Positions 19,192-29,823 of a stretch of DNA of 64,000 nucleotides are shown here, in pieces. The notes under the pieces are model-generated. The model was not told the origin of the DNA, made no database searches, and was given only the letters and a program-made list of their open reading frames with translations. Made by a program: the position numbers and the translations under genes. This DNA is from Myxococcota bacterium (GTDB lineage Bacteria > Myxococcota_A > UBA9160 > UBA4427). The stretch lies in the NCBI GenBank assembly GCA_045106235.1, contig JBGCEJ010000023.1, positions 444,823 to 508,822 of the forward strand, given 5' to 3'. The first letter of the stretch is position 1, and each line of letters opens with the position of its first letter.

Positions 19192-20463
19192 CTAGTCCTC
19201 GAGGGCGACGCCAAAACCTTCAATATAAGGCGCGAGCCCCGTGCGTAACTCCGTCGCTGTGAAGCCCCATTCTTCGGGGGTATAGCGATGCACACCGAAT
19301 TTCCCTTTCGGCTTTTCTGCGAGATAGGCACGAATGCGCTCCCCGTGCGCGTCGGTGAACGGGCGCCCCATCCCCTCGTATACACCTCGAAGGGTTTCCA
19401 CGGGATCCTGAACCAATGACTGAAACGGCACATCCTGAAACCGATCAGGCCAATCCCCCGCCGCACGGCGCTCTGTCACCGAGTTGAGCCCCGCCGTGAA
19501 GGCCATCCCGATGGAGCGCGCATGCTGTTCGAGATTGACCTCGTCCATGCGCATCCACTGAACCAGAGATGTCGCGCTCACCGTCGACGGCATCGTCTTC
19601 GCAGGGTCACGATGAGTCTGCACGATCCAGGCGTCCGGGAAGGTGTTAAAAACGAGGTCGAGCATGAGGAGATGTCCGGGCGTCTTGAGCAACCAGGTCC
19701 GTTTGGGCTGACCAAACTGGAGAACCTGCAGCGCGCGCTTTTCAAAGGCGTAGGTCTCGACCATATCGGTCTCCATCCCGATCGCGCCGATCATTCCCCA
19801 ATGCGCGCCGCAAAAACTCCCCGTCGTGAGCGTGATGCATTCAACCGGAAGATCCGACCTCAGCTCATGCACCGCTGCGAATTCCGGCTGTACATCTGCC
19901 CAGAACTCCTGCTCACACTCGCTCCATTCCAGACGCTGCGACAGGCTCTCCCCGCCTGCGGCTACGGGGTGCAAAGCCTCTGCCCCGACCGGGCCACGCA
20001 GATCAGGATCTAGCCAGAGGAGTTCGAACATGATCGAAGTGCCAGACCGCGCAGGTCCCGTCACGAGAATCGGCGCAATAATCTCCTCCTCTGCGATTTC
20101 GGGATGGGCTGCCCACATTTCGTGAAGCTGCATCCGCGTGCGCAGGGATCGCAAGAGTTCCTGTTTTGTCATCAGGCGGCCAACGACGTTCATGTCAGCA
20201 GCATCGAGCGTCGCCACGAGGCTTGCGTAACGGCGGCGCCAGAGGGGATCTCCGAACTCGCCGAGCTCCGGATTCGAGGCGGAGAGACCGAGGCTCTCGG
20301 CGCATTCATCAATCCAGGCCTCCGCCTCAAAGGGAATCATCCGGCGTGCGCCCGCCGCGCCCCCGCCCACTGAATCGCCCATCGCGTTCATGCGACGGAC
20401 CCAATCGGGCCGCTGATACCGCGCAGCCATACTCTGCATCGTCTTAATCTCCGCTTCGCCCAT
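19192..20463 (-). CDS. sulfotransferase (Stf1/Rv3529c-like)
   Basis: PILVTGPARSGTS PAPS-binding motif, WLLKTPGH and THRDP. Confidence 0.85.
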   Translation of the reverse strand: MGEAEIKTMQSMAARYQRPDWVRRMNAMGDSVGGGAAGARRMIPFEAEAWIDECAESLGLSASNPELGEFGDPLWRRRYASLVATLDAADMNVVGRLMTKQELLRSLRTRMQLHEMWAAHPEIAEEEIIAPILVTGPARSGTSIMFELLWLDPDLRGPVGAEALHPVAAGGESLSQRLEWSECEQEFWADVQPEFAAVHELRSDLPVECITLTTGSFCGAHWGMIGAIGMETDMVETYAFEKRALQVLQFGQPKRTWLLKTPGHLLMLDLVFNTFPDAWIVQTHRDPAKTMPSTVSATSLVQWMRMDEVNLEQHARSIGMAFTAGLNSVTERRAAGDWPDRFQDVPFQSLVQDPVETLRGVYEGMGRPFTDAHGERIRAYLAEKPKGKFGVHRYTPEEWGFTATELRTGLAPYIEGFGVALED

Positions 20464-20583
20464 CTCTTTTGCCCTCCTGCTCGCCTCGAGGTCGAGGCGC
20501 TTCCCCTTCCCAGACTCTACACTGAGCGGCGGCGAAGAATCATCAATGAACGCAGGCCTCCACGGCCACAAAAGGAATTCGGC

Positions 20584-21339
20584 ATGGGCAATCTCGACGG
20601 AAAAATCGCAATCGTGACCGGCGGCGGACAAGGAGTGGGACAAGGTATTGCCTTCGCTCTCGCCGCAGAAGGCGCGGTTCTGGCCTTGACGGGTAGGACG
20701 CTCTCAAAGCTTGAAACCTCGGCCGCCGAAATCGAGCGCCGAGGCGGGCGCGCAATCGCCGTCGAGTGCAACGTCAAATCCGAGGACTCGCTCAAAGCCC
20801 TCGTCGACCGAGTCGTCGGGGAGCTCGGCACCATCGACATTCTCGTGAATAACGCACAGGAAGTGCCGCTCGGCCCTCTGCTGGGCGTCACCGAAGCGGC
20901 TTTCGAGGCCGGATGGGAATCGGGGCCGCTGGCCACCTTCCGGCTGATGAAGCTCTGCCATCCCCACCTGAAAGGCGGAGGCTGCATCGTCAACCTCGGC
21001 AGCACTGCGGCGAAGCGCTGGGATATGTCCAACTACGGATGTTATGCCGCGGTCAAGGAAGCGATCCGCTCGCTCACGCAAGCGGCGGCCTGTGAGTGGG
21101 CTATGGACGGGATCCGGACCAACGTCGTTCTGCCGCATGCCTCCTCCCCTGCGCTCGCCGGTTGGATCGAGGGCAACCCCGAAGAAGCAGAGGCTTTCAT
21201 GGCGACGATTCCTATGCGCCGAGTGGGCGATTGCGAGGAAGATATTGGACGCTTCGTTGCGCAGCTATGCTCGGATGGCTCGCGGTACATAAACGGGCAG
21301 AGCATCGCAATCGATGGTGGCCAGGCGCATATGGGCTGA
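20584..21339 (+). CDS. short-chain dehydrogenase/reductase
   Basis: TGGGQGVG, NNA and YAAVK motifs. Confidence 0.9.
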   Translation: MGNLDGKIAIVTGGGQGVGQGIAFALAAEGAVLALTGRTLSKLETSAAEIERRGGRAIAVECNVKSEDSLKALVDRVVGELGTIDILVNNAQEVPLGPLLGVTEAAFEAGWESGPLATFRLMKLCHPHLKGGGCIVNLGSTAAKRWDMSNYGCYAAVKEAIRSLTQAAACEWAMDGIRTNVVLPHASSPALAGWIEGNPEEAEAFMATIPMRRVGDCEEDIGRFVAQLCSDGSRYINGQSIAIDGGQAHMG

Positions 21340-21422
21340 TCACGGGACGGACTGTCGGGCTTGTAAAGCTGCGGCTCAGGCTCTTGGAACGTGTCACGGC
21401 GCCTGAGCGCCTCCCCGCGCCG

Positions 21423-22142
21423 CTACTTCTCGCGCAGATGCCAGTCGGATGCTTTGGGGTCGAGATCGAAGGACACGAAAAGGGCTTCGGCCTCGGTGAC
21501 CACCTGGCCTCCCACCAGGCATCGCCCGCGCGTCAGGATTTTCCGGCCGTCGATCCGCTCGACCCAGCCCTCAAAACGCAGCAAATCATAGAGCGGCGTC
21601 GGCTTCCGGTACTTGATGCTAAGCTTGCCGGTTGGCCCGCCGACTTGCCGTAAAATATTCGCCGCCGCCAGGACCTCGTCGTAGATCGCGGCGATCACGC
21701 CACCGTGCACGAGCCCTGTGCCGCCCTCTACGGTTTCGTCTAGCCGGATCTCGGAAACGGCAACTTCCCCCTCGGCATGGAGCTTGATGCCGTACGAGGC
21801 GGGATTCAGCTTGCCCATAATTGGGCTGAACGGGAGGTAATCCATCCCCTCGCCGCGCTTTTTCCATTCCGATTCAACCAAGGCGACCCGCTTCCCCCGC
21901 GCTTCCGCCTCCATCGCTTCGGCGAGCGCCGTCGCTTGGTCCGCGAGCGAAGCGAAAACGGCTTCGGGAGCATCGAGTTCAACACTGGCCGCGGCTTGAC
22001 GGCGAATAGCGTCGGCCAGTCTCTGCCAATCCGGATGCTCTCTAGAAACGAGCGGCTCCGTTCTGCGCGCCAACCGATCGGCACGCTTCGCTTCGGCCGC
22101 GGCATCCTTCGGCCGTTCCTCTTCTTCCGTTGAACGGTTCAA
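21423..22142 (-). CDS. PaaI/hotdog-fold thioesterase
   Basis: FSPIMGKLNP, VHGGVIAAIYDEVL and YRKPTPL motifs; TTG start. Confidence 0.82.
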   Translation of the reverse strand: MNRSTEEEERPKDAAAEAKRADRLARRTEPLVSREHPDWQRLADAIRRQAAASVELDAPEAVFASLADQATALAEAMEAEARGKRVALVESEWKKRGEGMDYLPFSPIMGKLNPASYGIKLHAEGEVAVSEIRLDETVEGGTGLVHGGVIAAIYDEVLAAANILRQVGGPTGKLSIKYRKPTPLYDLLRFEGWVERIDGRKILTRGRCLVGGQVVTEAEALFVSFDLDPKASDWHLREK

Positions 22143-22221
22143 CTTCGATTCCTTTGATCAATCTAGTTGGGGCAATTCGCAATGGTGAAGACGCGCTCGT
22201 CAATACGCGCCCGTCAATACG

Positions 22222-22255
22222 AAAGGGGCACGCGGTTCGAAAACCGTGTGCCCCT
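22222..22255 (-). terminator. rho-independent terminator after the ferredoxin gene
   Basis: GGGGCACGCGGTT-CGAA-AACCGTGTGCCCC hairpin, short T run on the minus strand. Confidence 0.55.
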
Positions 22256-22296
22256 GATCATTTGAGCAAAAAAGAGGCGCAGGGCGCCCTATCCAC

Positions 22297-22488
22297 TCAG
22301 CCTTCGATGCGAATGGCCTGTCGCGGGCAAAGCCGCTCGGCATCCTGGAGCTTCGCTCGCAGCTCTTCCGGCGCGTCATCCATCAGCACCGTCAGCGTAT
22401 CGTCATCTTCAACCCGGAAAACCTCGGGACAGGCCTCCATGCAGAGCGCGTTTGCCTCGCAGAGGTCATAGTCCACCACCACCTTCAT
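22297..22488 (-). CDS. [3Fe-4S] ferredoxin (FdxD-like)
   Basis: CEANALC...CP motif, 63 aa; GGAGAG RBS. Confidence 0.88.
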   Translation of the reverse strand: MKVVVDYDLCEANALCMEACPEVFRVEDDDTLTVLMDDAPEELRAKLQDAERLCPRQAIRIEG

Positions 22489-22730
22489 GGATCTCTCCTA
22501 TCCCTGTCTTTCGACTCTTCGGTCCGCGTCATGGAACGTGCCCGCAGGCTTCGAACTCGACTCGGTCCCGATCTTGTCCTGCAGTCGACCGGGGCATTTT
22601 CTCCGGCGTGTCCAAGACATTTTCATCCCTGCTCTGAAGCAGAGGCCCTAGATTTTACCCCATCTATTCTCGACCTGCCCAGACTTCTCCAAAGCAAAAA
22701 AACGAGACTTTTGGGCCCTTGGATCTCCGC

Positions 22731-23588
22731 CTATTCTTCGCAAACCAAGCGACATGAGCCGCCAGACTTCACGATGCGCCCCGCCGTCGGTCCGGCGAAA
22801 TGCGTTCCGATCACAAGGACCGGCTGGTCCCCATAGCGATCGACAAAAGCCCTTCGCGTCTCGGTCGCCATTGCCGGAATCGCGTCGGGATGACTTCCCC
22901 AGCCCGGCTCAGCGAGTTGAACCGGATGGTGGACCATATCCCCGGTGATCACGGCGCGCTGATTCCCTGATTCAATCCGCACACTCACATGTCCCGGCGT
23001 ATGTCCCGGCGTCGGCTCGAGGGAAACCTCTCCGGTCAGAGCATGCCCCGACTCAACCAAGGCGTGGAGCCCCGCATCCACAACGGGCTGAACCGTGAAA
23101 CGCAGATCGATATTCTCGTCCTCGACCCCCGACGTCCAATGCTCATACTCCTCGCGTCCGAAGAGATACTCGGCATTGGGAAACGTCGGCACCCACTCTC
23201 CGTCCACGAGCATCGTATTCCAGCCCACGTGATCGAAATGCAGGTGCGTGCAGAGCACGTAGTCGACCTGCTCCCGGGGCACGACCTTCTCGAGCCGCGC
23301 CAAGAAATCCGTCTGCATCGGCTCGAGGCCCATCGGAAGTTCCCGATCATTCCCCATGCAGGTATCGACGACGATCGTCTTGCCCCCAGACTCGACCACC
23401 AAGGCATGAATCGAGAGACGAATATTCCCGTCCTCATCCATGAAATGCGGTTTCAGCCAGGATGCATGTTTCGCCATTCGGTCCGGCTCGATATTCGCAA
23501 TCAAACCCTCAGCAGGGAGCGGCGCCTCCGACTCTTGAACGCGCGTGACCTTCACATCACCAATTTGCCAGCTCAATTCATCTGTCAT
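22731..23588 (-). CDS. metallo-beta-lactamase fold hydrolase
   Basis: THLHFDHVG, PGHTPGH and GDMVHH motifs. Confidence 0.88.
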   Translation of the reverse strand: MTDELSWQIGDVKVTRVQESEAPLPAEGLIANIEPDRMAKHASWLKPHFMDEDGNIRLSIHALVVESGGKTIVVDTCMGNDRELPMGLEPMQTDFLARLEKVVPREQVDYVLCTHLHFDHVGWNTMLVDGEWVPTFPNAEYLFGREEYEHWTSGVEDENIDLRFTVQPVVDAGLHALVESGHALTGEVSLEPTPGHTPGHVSVRIESGNQRAVITGDMVHHPVQLAEPGWGSHPDAIPAMATETRRAFVDRYGDQPVLVIGTHFAGPTAGRIVKSGGSCRLVCEE

Positions 23589-23644
23589 TCCACTCTCCCT
23601 TCGACGCCGCGGTCATCGCTTCGCCTCCGCTCTCATCCTAGAAC

Positions 23645-23681
23645 AAAAACCGCCCGCCCCGACAAGCGTCGGGACGGGCGG
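23645..23681 (-). terminator. rho-independent terminator after the SDR gene
   Basis: 14-bp GC stem CCGCCCGTCCCGAC/GTCGGGGCGGGCGG followed by TTTTT on the minus strand. Confidence 0.75.
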
Positions 23682-23740
23682 AGTGTTCCAAGGTCTGCGC
23701 TCCAAAGCCATCACGTCGACGGCCGAAGAGCTCGGCGGAG

Positions 23741-24658
23741 CTAGATCGTCGGCGGCACGATAAAACTATCCTTGATGGGCTCTTTGCCCTCAAAGAAGCC
23801 GCCCACGTGCTTCACGACCTCTTCGCGAGTCCAGACATCCTCGCAGTGGAACTCGCCGTCCCGCTTCGGATAACCGAGCACCGCGATTTCCTTGCCCCAG
23901 ACGATGAAGACGTTGCCCGAGATATGCTGCGCCGCAGGGGACGCCAGATAGCCCACGAGGGGCGTCACATGAGACGGATTGAAGACATCAAAGCCCTCTT
24001 CCGGCTCTTTGAACCATTGAATGTTCTGCCCGACCATCGTCATCGCCGTGCGTGCCCGCGGCATATAGGTATTCGCAGTCACGCCGTATTTTGCGAGCGC
24101 CTGTGCTGCACCATTCGTGATCGCGATGATCCCCGCCTTGGCCGCCGAATAGTTAGGCTGCCCCGGATCCGCAAAAAGCGCCGCTTCGGACGCCGTGCTG
24201 ATGATGCGGCCATAAACCTGACCTTCAGCCTTCCCCTTCGTACGAAAGTACTCAGCGGCATGCCGAATCCCGCAGAAATGCCCCTTCATATGCACCCGGA
24301 CGACCGAATCGAATTCCTCTTCGTTCATCGAGAACAGCATCTTGTCGCGGCAGAAGCCTGCATTGCTCAGCAATATATTGAAGTCGCCGAAGGTATCGAT
24401 GGCCGTTTGGATCATCGCCTTCGAGTCGTCCCAATTAGCGACGTCTCCGAAATGCGCGACCGCTTCGCCGCCCATTGCCTTGATCTCGTCCACGACTTCC
24501 CGGCCCGCAGATTCGTCCTTGCCGCTGCCATCCGCGGCGACGCCGAGATCATTGATCACGAGACGCGCGCCTTGCTTCGCGAATTCGAGGGCCTGCATCT
24601 TCCCAAGGCCGCGGCCCGCGCCGGTCACCACGGCCACCTTGCCGTCTAGTTCACCCAT
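23741..24658 (-). CDS. extended SDR, steroid side-chain 3-hydroxyacyl-CoA dehydrogenase-like (ChsB1/Hsd4A-like)
   Basis: TGAGRGLG, INDLG, RDKMLFSM, VHMKGHF and GQPNYSAAK; recalled resemblance to Rv3502c. Confidence 0.8.
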   Translation of the reverse strand: MGELDGKVAVVTGAGRGLGKMQALEFAKQGARLVINDLGVAADGSGKDESAGREVVDEIKAMGGEAVAHFGDVANWDDSKAMIQTAIDTFGDFNILLSNAGFCRDKMLFSMNEEEFDSVVRVHMKGHFCGIRHAAEYFRTKGKAEGQVYGRIISTASEAALFADPGQPNYSAAKAGIIAITNGAAQALAKYGVTANTYMPRARTAMTMVGQNIQWFKEPEEGFDVFNPSHVTPLVGYLASPAAQHISGNVFIVWGKEIAVLGYPKRDGEFHCEDVWTREEVVKHVGGFFEGKEPIKDSFIVPPTI

Positions 24659-24730
24659 TTGTGTATTTCTCCTGAATTTCGATTTCGTCCTGAGAGCCCT
24701 GCCCGGACCCTCATGGCTAGTTCGTGGGCT

Positions 24731-25990
<1,260 letters not shown>

Positions 25991-26626
25991 TTAGGAATCT
26001 CGCTCCGCCGCGTCGAGGATCAGATCGCTCGCCGCGCGCATGCGTTCGTTAATCGTGGCCTGGGTCTCAAGCCCCCCTGCCCAGCCGAGCATCACGGCGA
26101 ACCAGACCTGATTCAGCACATCCGCCACCAGCTTCTCACGATCCGTCAGCTCCGGCGCAACCTTTGCCTGCGACTCGCCCTGCGCAGCCGAAGTCGGGCT
26201 ACCCCGAAGCGCAGCCACGGTCATTCGCCCCATCATCTCATGAAAGAGGCCGACCTTTCGGGCCAGCGCGGGCTCACCGGCCGCGGTCGCCCGCAGCATC
26301 GCCCGAGAGAGATTTGGCCGACGCAGCATGCCTCTCGTCTGCATCTCGAAATAGGCCAGGACCCGGTCACGAGCGCTCGCCCCTTCGAGGGACCGTTCGT
26401 TCACGCGTTCTTCGAGTGCGCGCGTCTCGGACTCGAGGGCTGCGACGAGCAGGTCTTCCTTGCTCCGAAATCGCCGGTAGAGCGTCCCCATCGCGACGCC
26501 TGCATGGGCCGCCACGTCACGCAGCCGAACCGCCTCGAACCCACCCTTCTCGGCCAGCTCAATCGTCGTCTCGATGATGCGTCGCGCTCGCTCTTCGAGG
26601 AGCGGATCGGGGGAGTCAGTGGACAT
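25991..26626 (-). CDS. kstR: TetR-family repressor, KstR-like
   Basis: KGGFEAVRLRDVAAHAGVAMGTLYRRFRSKEDLLVAAL resembles KstR KGGYEAVQMRAVADRADVAVGTLYRYFPSKVHLLVSAL; KstR boxes lie directly upstream. Confidence 0.78.
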   Translation of the reverse strand: MSTDSPDPLLEERARRIIETTIELAEKGGFEAVRLRDVAAHAGVAMGTLYRRFRSKEDLLVAALESETRALEERVNERSLEGASARDRVLAYFEMQTRGMLRRPNLSRAMLRATAAGEPALARKVGLFHEMMGRMTVAALRGSPTSAAQGESQAKVAPELTDREKLVADVLNQVWFAVMLGWAGGLETQATINERMRAASDLILDAAERDS

Positions 26627-26636
26627 CGCCCCGGAT

Positions 26637-26672
26637 TGAAACACGTTTCATTGGCGAATGAAACACGTTTCA
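26637..26672. promoter_or_regulatory. two tandem KstR-type operators
   Basis: Identical TGAAACACGTTTCA at 26637-26650 and 26659-26672, each matching TnnAACnnGTTnnA. Confidence 0.85.
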
Positions 26673-26696
26673 CCCGGATGGCCTACCCTGCCGCTC

Positions 26697-27608
26697 ATGC
26701 CGCTGCATTCCGGTCCGCATTCAAAATCAGCCAAGACGATCCACGCTTTTTGCCGGGCGATCATGGAATCGGGTGATCTTGCGACCAAGCTCAGCCCCCC
26801 TCCACCAGACGAGAATCGCCTCGATGACCCTCCGGGGCCCCCGCTCTACCTCGATCGGCCCGTGCGAAATCCGGAGCTCAAGATGGGGCCCGGAAGCGAT
26901 GCGCTCCCGCGTCCCGGGCAGCTCAAAGATGTTGCGCATCGCCGAAGCTGTCTATCTCGTTTTGCGCACCATGAACTTCAGGCGGTCGAGTACTTCGCCT
27001 GGGCCCTCCTGCGCTGGCCCGACATGCCGCCCCTGCTCCGGCGCGGGCTCTTGTCGGCGCTTGCGGATGAACAAAGACATTGTCTCCTTTACCTCGACCG
27101 ACTTGAAGCTCAGGGTGGCGCTTTCGAGACCGGCGATCATTCCGACTATTTCTGGCGCCAAGCGCCCGCCATTGCGGCGTCCCCCGCCGGCCCCCGCGCC
27201 TTCCTCGCCGCGATGGGCCTCACCCTCGAACAAGCCAATCTCGATTTCACCCTGACGTACCGCGATGGCTTCGCGGAAGCCGGCGATGCACAGAGCGCAG
27301 CCGTCTGCCAGCGTGTACATGACGAGGAGATCGCCCATGTCGCGCTTGCAGCTCGCTGGCTCACCCGCCTTGAAGCGGAGGAAAAGGCCGTCTCACCGGA
27401 AGCGGTTCATGATCTCGATGCCTACTTGAATGCCGTGCCATTTCCGATGGGCCCTGCGCGCGCGAAAGGACGCCGATATGAGGTGGGCCCGAGGCGCCGC
27501 GCAGGACTCAGCGAAGAAATGATCGAGGCGATCCGGGTTGCCCGATCAACCCAGGAGAACCCCCAAGGCGCCCCCATAGACGCCCCGATCCACAGCGCGC
27601 GGCGATGA
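26697..27608 (+). CDS. ferritin-like (DUF455-type) diiron protein
   Basis: FAHHELQAVE, DEQRH, LEQANLD and EEIAHV diiron ligand pattern. Start uncertain (26697 or 26763). Confidence 0.78.
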   Translation: MPLHSGPHSKSAKTIHAFCRAIMESGDLATKLSPPPPDENRLDDPPGPPLYLDRPVRNPELKMGPGSDALPRPGQLKDVAHRRSCLSRFAHHELQAVEYFAWALLRWPDMPPLLRRGLLSALADEQRHCLLYLDRLEAQGGAFETGDHSDYFWRQAPAIAASPAGPRAFLAAMGLTLEQANLDFTLTYRDGFAEAGDAQSAAVCQRVHDEEIAHVALAARWLTRLEAEEKAVSPEAVHDLDAYLNAVPFPMGPARAKGRRYEVGPRRRAGLSEEMIEAIRVARSTQENPQGAPIDAPIHSARR

Positions 27609-29002
27609 CCGAAAAGGTTTCGGGCGCAGATTCGGAGCCGGATGCGGCCCACGACGATCCCCCCCGCCTACTATGGCCGAATTTGGGCGCCGAGGAAGGG
27701 GGCGATGAAGCCGCCGTTGCCCAACATGTCTCTGCCCGTCAGGCCGCAAAGCTCTGGGCGCTCCTTTTTGCTCGTCAGGACGAGATCTGTTGGCCTAACA
27801 TCCACAAGAAATCAGCAGACGGCATTCCTCGAGAGCCCATCCCGTCTGTCGAGACGCGCCGACAGAGATGCGAATCGCTCTGGCCGCTTCACCTCGGGAA
27901 TCCCCCAGACGCGGCGGCCTTTGCGTGGCTGGCCGAGGGCGGCGTGCATGCGTGGCTGAAGACGGAAATGGCGGAAGCCAAGGCGAAGCATCTGAGTGGG
28001 CAGGCGCTCCTTGGGCCCGGGTCGGCATGCGTCCGCAGCCTCGGAGACAAGGGCAACACGGCGAAGCTCAGCGACGAACTTGGCCTCACTCCCCGTACGC
28101 TTGCCCCCCTGATTCAGGTGCTCAGTCCCGAGGATTGCCTAGAACCAGACCAGGTCATCGCGAGACTGAGCGCCGACGTCGAAGCTTGGCCTGCGTGGAC
28201 CGGAGGCCGCTTCACCCTCAAGCCCAGGTGGGGCACGAGCGGGCGCGGGCGCGTCGCGGGCGTAGGAAGCCTAGAGACCAGGGCGATCCGAGGAGCGCTG
28301 CCCAGACTGGCCGAGCGCGGAGGGGCGCTGCTCGAACCCTGGTGCGCGCGAGAAAGCGACCTCTCCGTATCGGTTCATATCCCGGCGCCTGAGGCCGAAG
28401 AGAAGCTACCCACCCTCCTCGGCTCGCTGTCCATGCTGACGTCGGCCAGTGGCCTCTACCGGGGACATTGCGGCGAGCTCGACCATCGCGGCCGCGTCTT
28501 TTCGGGGCATCGCGAAGACGAGACGCTTCGCGGCGATGCAGCCATCCTCGCGGGACGAGCACAGCAAACGGGTTTCTTCGGTCCATGTGGCATCGACGCT
28601 TTCACCTACCGCGAAGACGACCGGACGCGCCTTCGAAGCATCGTCGAATTCAACCCCCGAATGACGATGGGGATCGTGACGATCGGTCTGATTCGTCGCG
28701 CTCTGCCCCTCGCTCGCCAAAAGCTCGATCTCTCTCCCGGGGATCGTCGGGCTTTCCTCATGACCACCTTTGATGAGGCGGATGAGGCTTCGCGAGACGC
28801 CATCGTCACGCTTCGAGAAGGACTCGGCGAGAACACTTTGATCCTCGACCTCCGAGCCCCGTCTGACTCAAGCCTCGCGGCCAGCCAAGACGGCTTGGCG
28901 CATGACGGCGCCCCTGCGACCGAGGGCCTTCGGCCTCTGCTCTTCTTCGCGCCCGACCTTGAGTCGCTCCGCGGCGCCTATCAAGAAGCCATCGGCTGCT
29001 AA
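27605..29002 (+). CDS. ATP-grasp-like protein of unknown function
   Basis: LKPRWGTSGRG, LLEPW, GFFGPCGID and VEFNPRMT; ATGA overlap with the upstream gene. Confidence 0.68.
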   Translation: MTEKVSGADSEPDAAHDDPPRLLWPNLGAEEGGDEAAVAQHVSARQAAKLWALLFARQDEICWPNIHKKSADGIPREPIPSVETRRQRCESLWPLHLGNPPDAAAFAWLAEGGVHAWLKTEMAEAKAKHLSGQALLGPGSACVRSLGDKGNTAKLSDELGLTPRTLAPLIQVLSPEDCLEPDQVIARLSADVEAWPAWTGGRFTLKPRWGTSGRGRVAGVGSLETRAIRGALPRLAERGGALLEPWCARESDLSVSVHIPAPEAEEKLPTLLGSLSMLTSASGLYRGHCGELDHRGRVFSGHREDETLRGDAAILAGRAQQTGFFGPCGIDAFTYREDDRTRLRSIVEFNPRMTMGIVTIGLIRRALPLARQKLDLSPGDRRAFLMTTFDEADEASRDAIVTLREGLGENTLILDLRAPSDSSLAASQDGLAHDGAPATEGLRPLLFFAPDLESLRGAYQEAIGC

Positions 29003-29012
29003 CCTTCGCGCC

Positions 29013-29657
29013 ATGCCTAGAACTGCAGTGCTCTTTGACCTTGGTGGCGTTGTCCTTGGCTCGCCGCTCCATGCTATCCGCGACTACGAGCAAGAACTCG
29101 GTCTCGCCAAGAATGCGATCAATCTGGTGGCGTCCCGAACGGCCCCCTCCGGCGCTTGGTCCCGGCTTGAACGCGGCGAGCTCACGATGGAAGCTTTTTA
29201 TCCCGCCTTTGAAGCGGACTGCCTCGCGGCGGGACATGTGATGGACGCGCGCGAAATGATGCGCCGCATGTCGCTCGCGACGGCGCCGCATCAGGGAATG
29301 CTGCGCGCGATCGAGCAGCTCCGAAACGCAGGCTTGCCCGTCGGTGCGCTGACGAATAACTGGTCGCATACCGAGACCGACGGGAAAGATGACGGAACGC
29401 GGGCCCTGAGCGAACGCTTCGATGCTTTTATTGAGTCCGCGGTCGAAGGCCTCCGCAAACCCGATCCGGCGATCTACCGACTCGCCTGCGAACGCCTCGG
29501 GACGCAGCCCGCCGAGATGGTCTTCCTCGACGATATCGGCGGGAATTTGAAGCCGGCCCAGGCCATGGGCATGGCGACCATCAAGGTCGTCACCCCTGAA
29601 GCGGCCCTGAAAGAGCTCTCGGAACTGGTCGGGATGGACCTCCTCGGAACGGCTTAG
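29013..29657 (+). CDS. HAD-family phosphatase (sEH-N/ACAD10-N-like)
   Basis: FDLGGV, LTNNW, GLRKPDPAIY and FLDDIGGNL motifs. Confidence 0.88.
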   Translation: MPRTAVLFDLGGVVLGSPLHAIRDYEQELGLAKNAINLVASRTAPSGAWSRLERGELTMEAFYPAFEADCLAAGHVMDAREMMRRMSLATAPHQGMLRAIEQLRNAGLPVGALTNNWSHTETDGKDDGTRALSERFDAFIESAVEGLRKPDPAIYRLACERLGTQPAEMVFLDDIGGNLKPAQAMGMATIKVVTPEAALKELSELVGMDLLGTA

Positions 29658-29750
29658 GCTCAGCGGAGGCACGAGCGCGATTTGATCGAGACTCGATCCA
29701 TACCGGATCCAGCCCGGAGCCGTCCCGGAGGCATCTCGGGTGATCCGTCA

Positions 29751-29778
29751 CTCAAGTTGCCTAGGCGGAGACCGAATT
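29751..29778 (+). promoter_or_regulatory. sigma-28-like promoter upstream of the TraF-like gene
   Basis: CTCAAG-N14-ACCGAATT. Confidence 0.55.
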
Positions 29779-29823
29779 CTTCTAAGAGGTCTCGCTTCCG
29801 CCGGGACCCAAGGAAGGCCTTTC

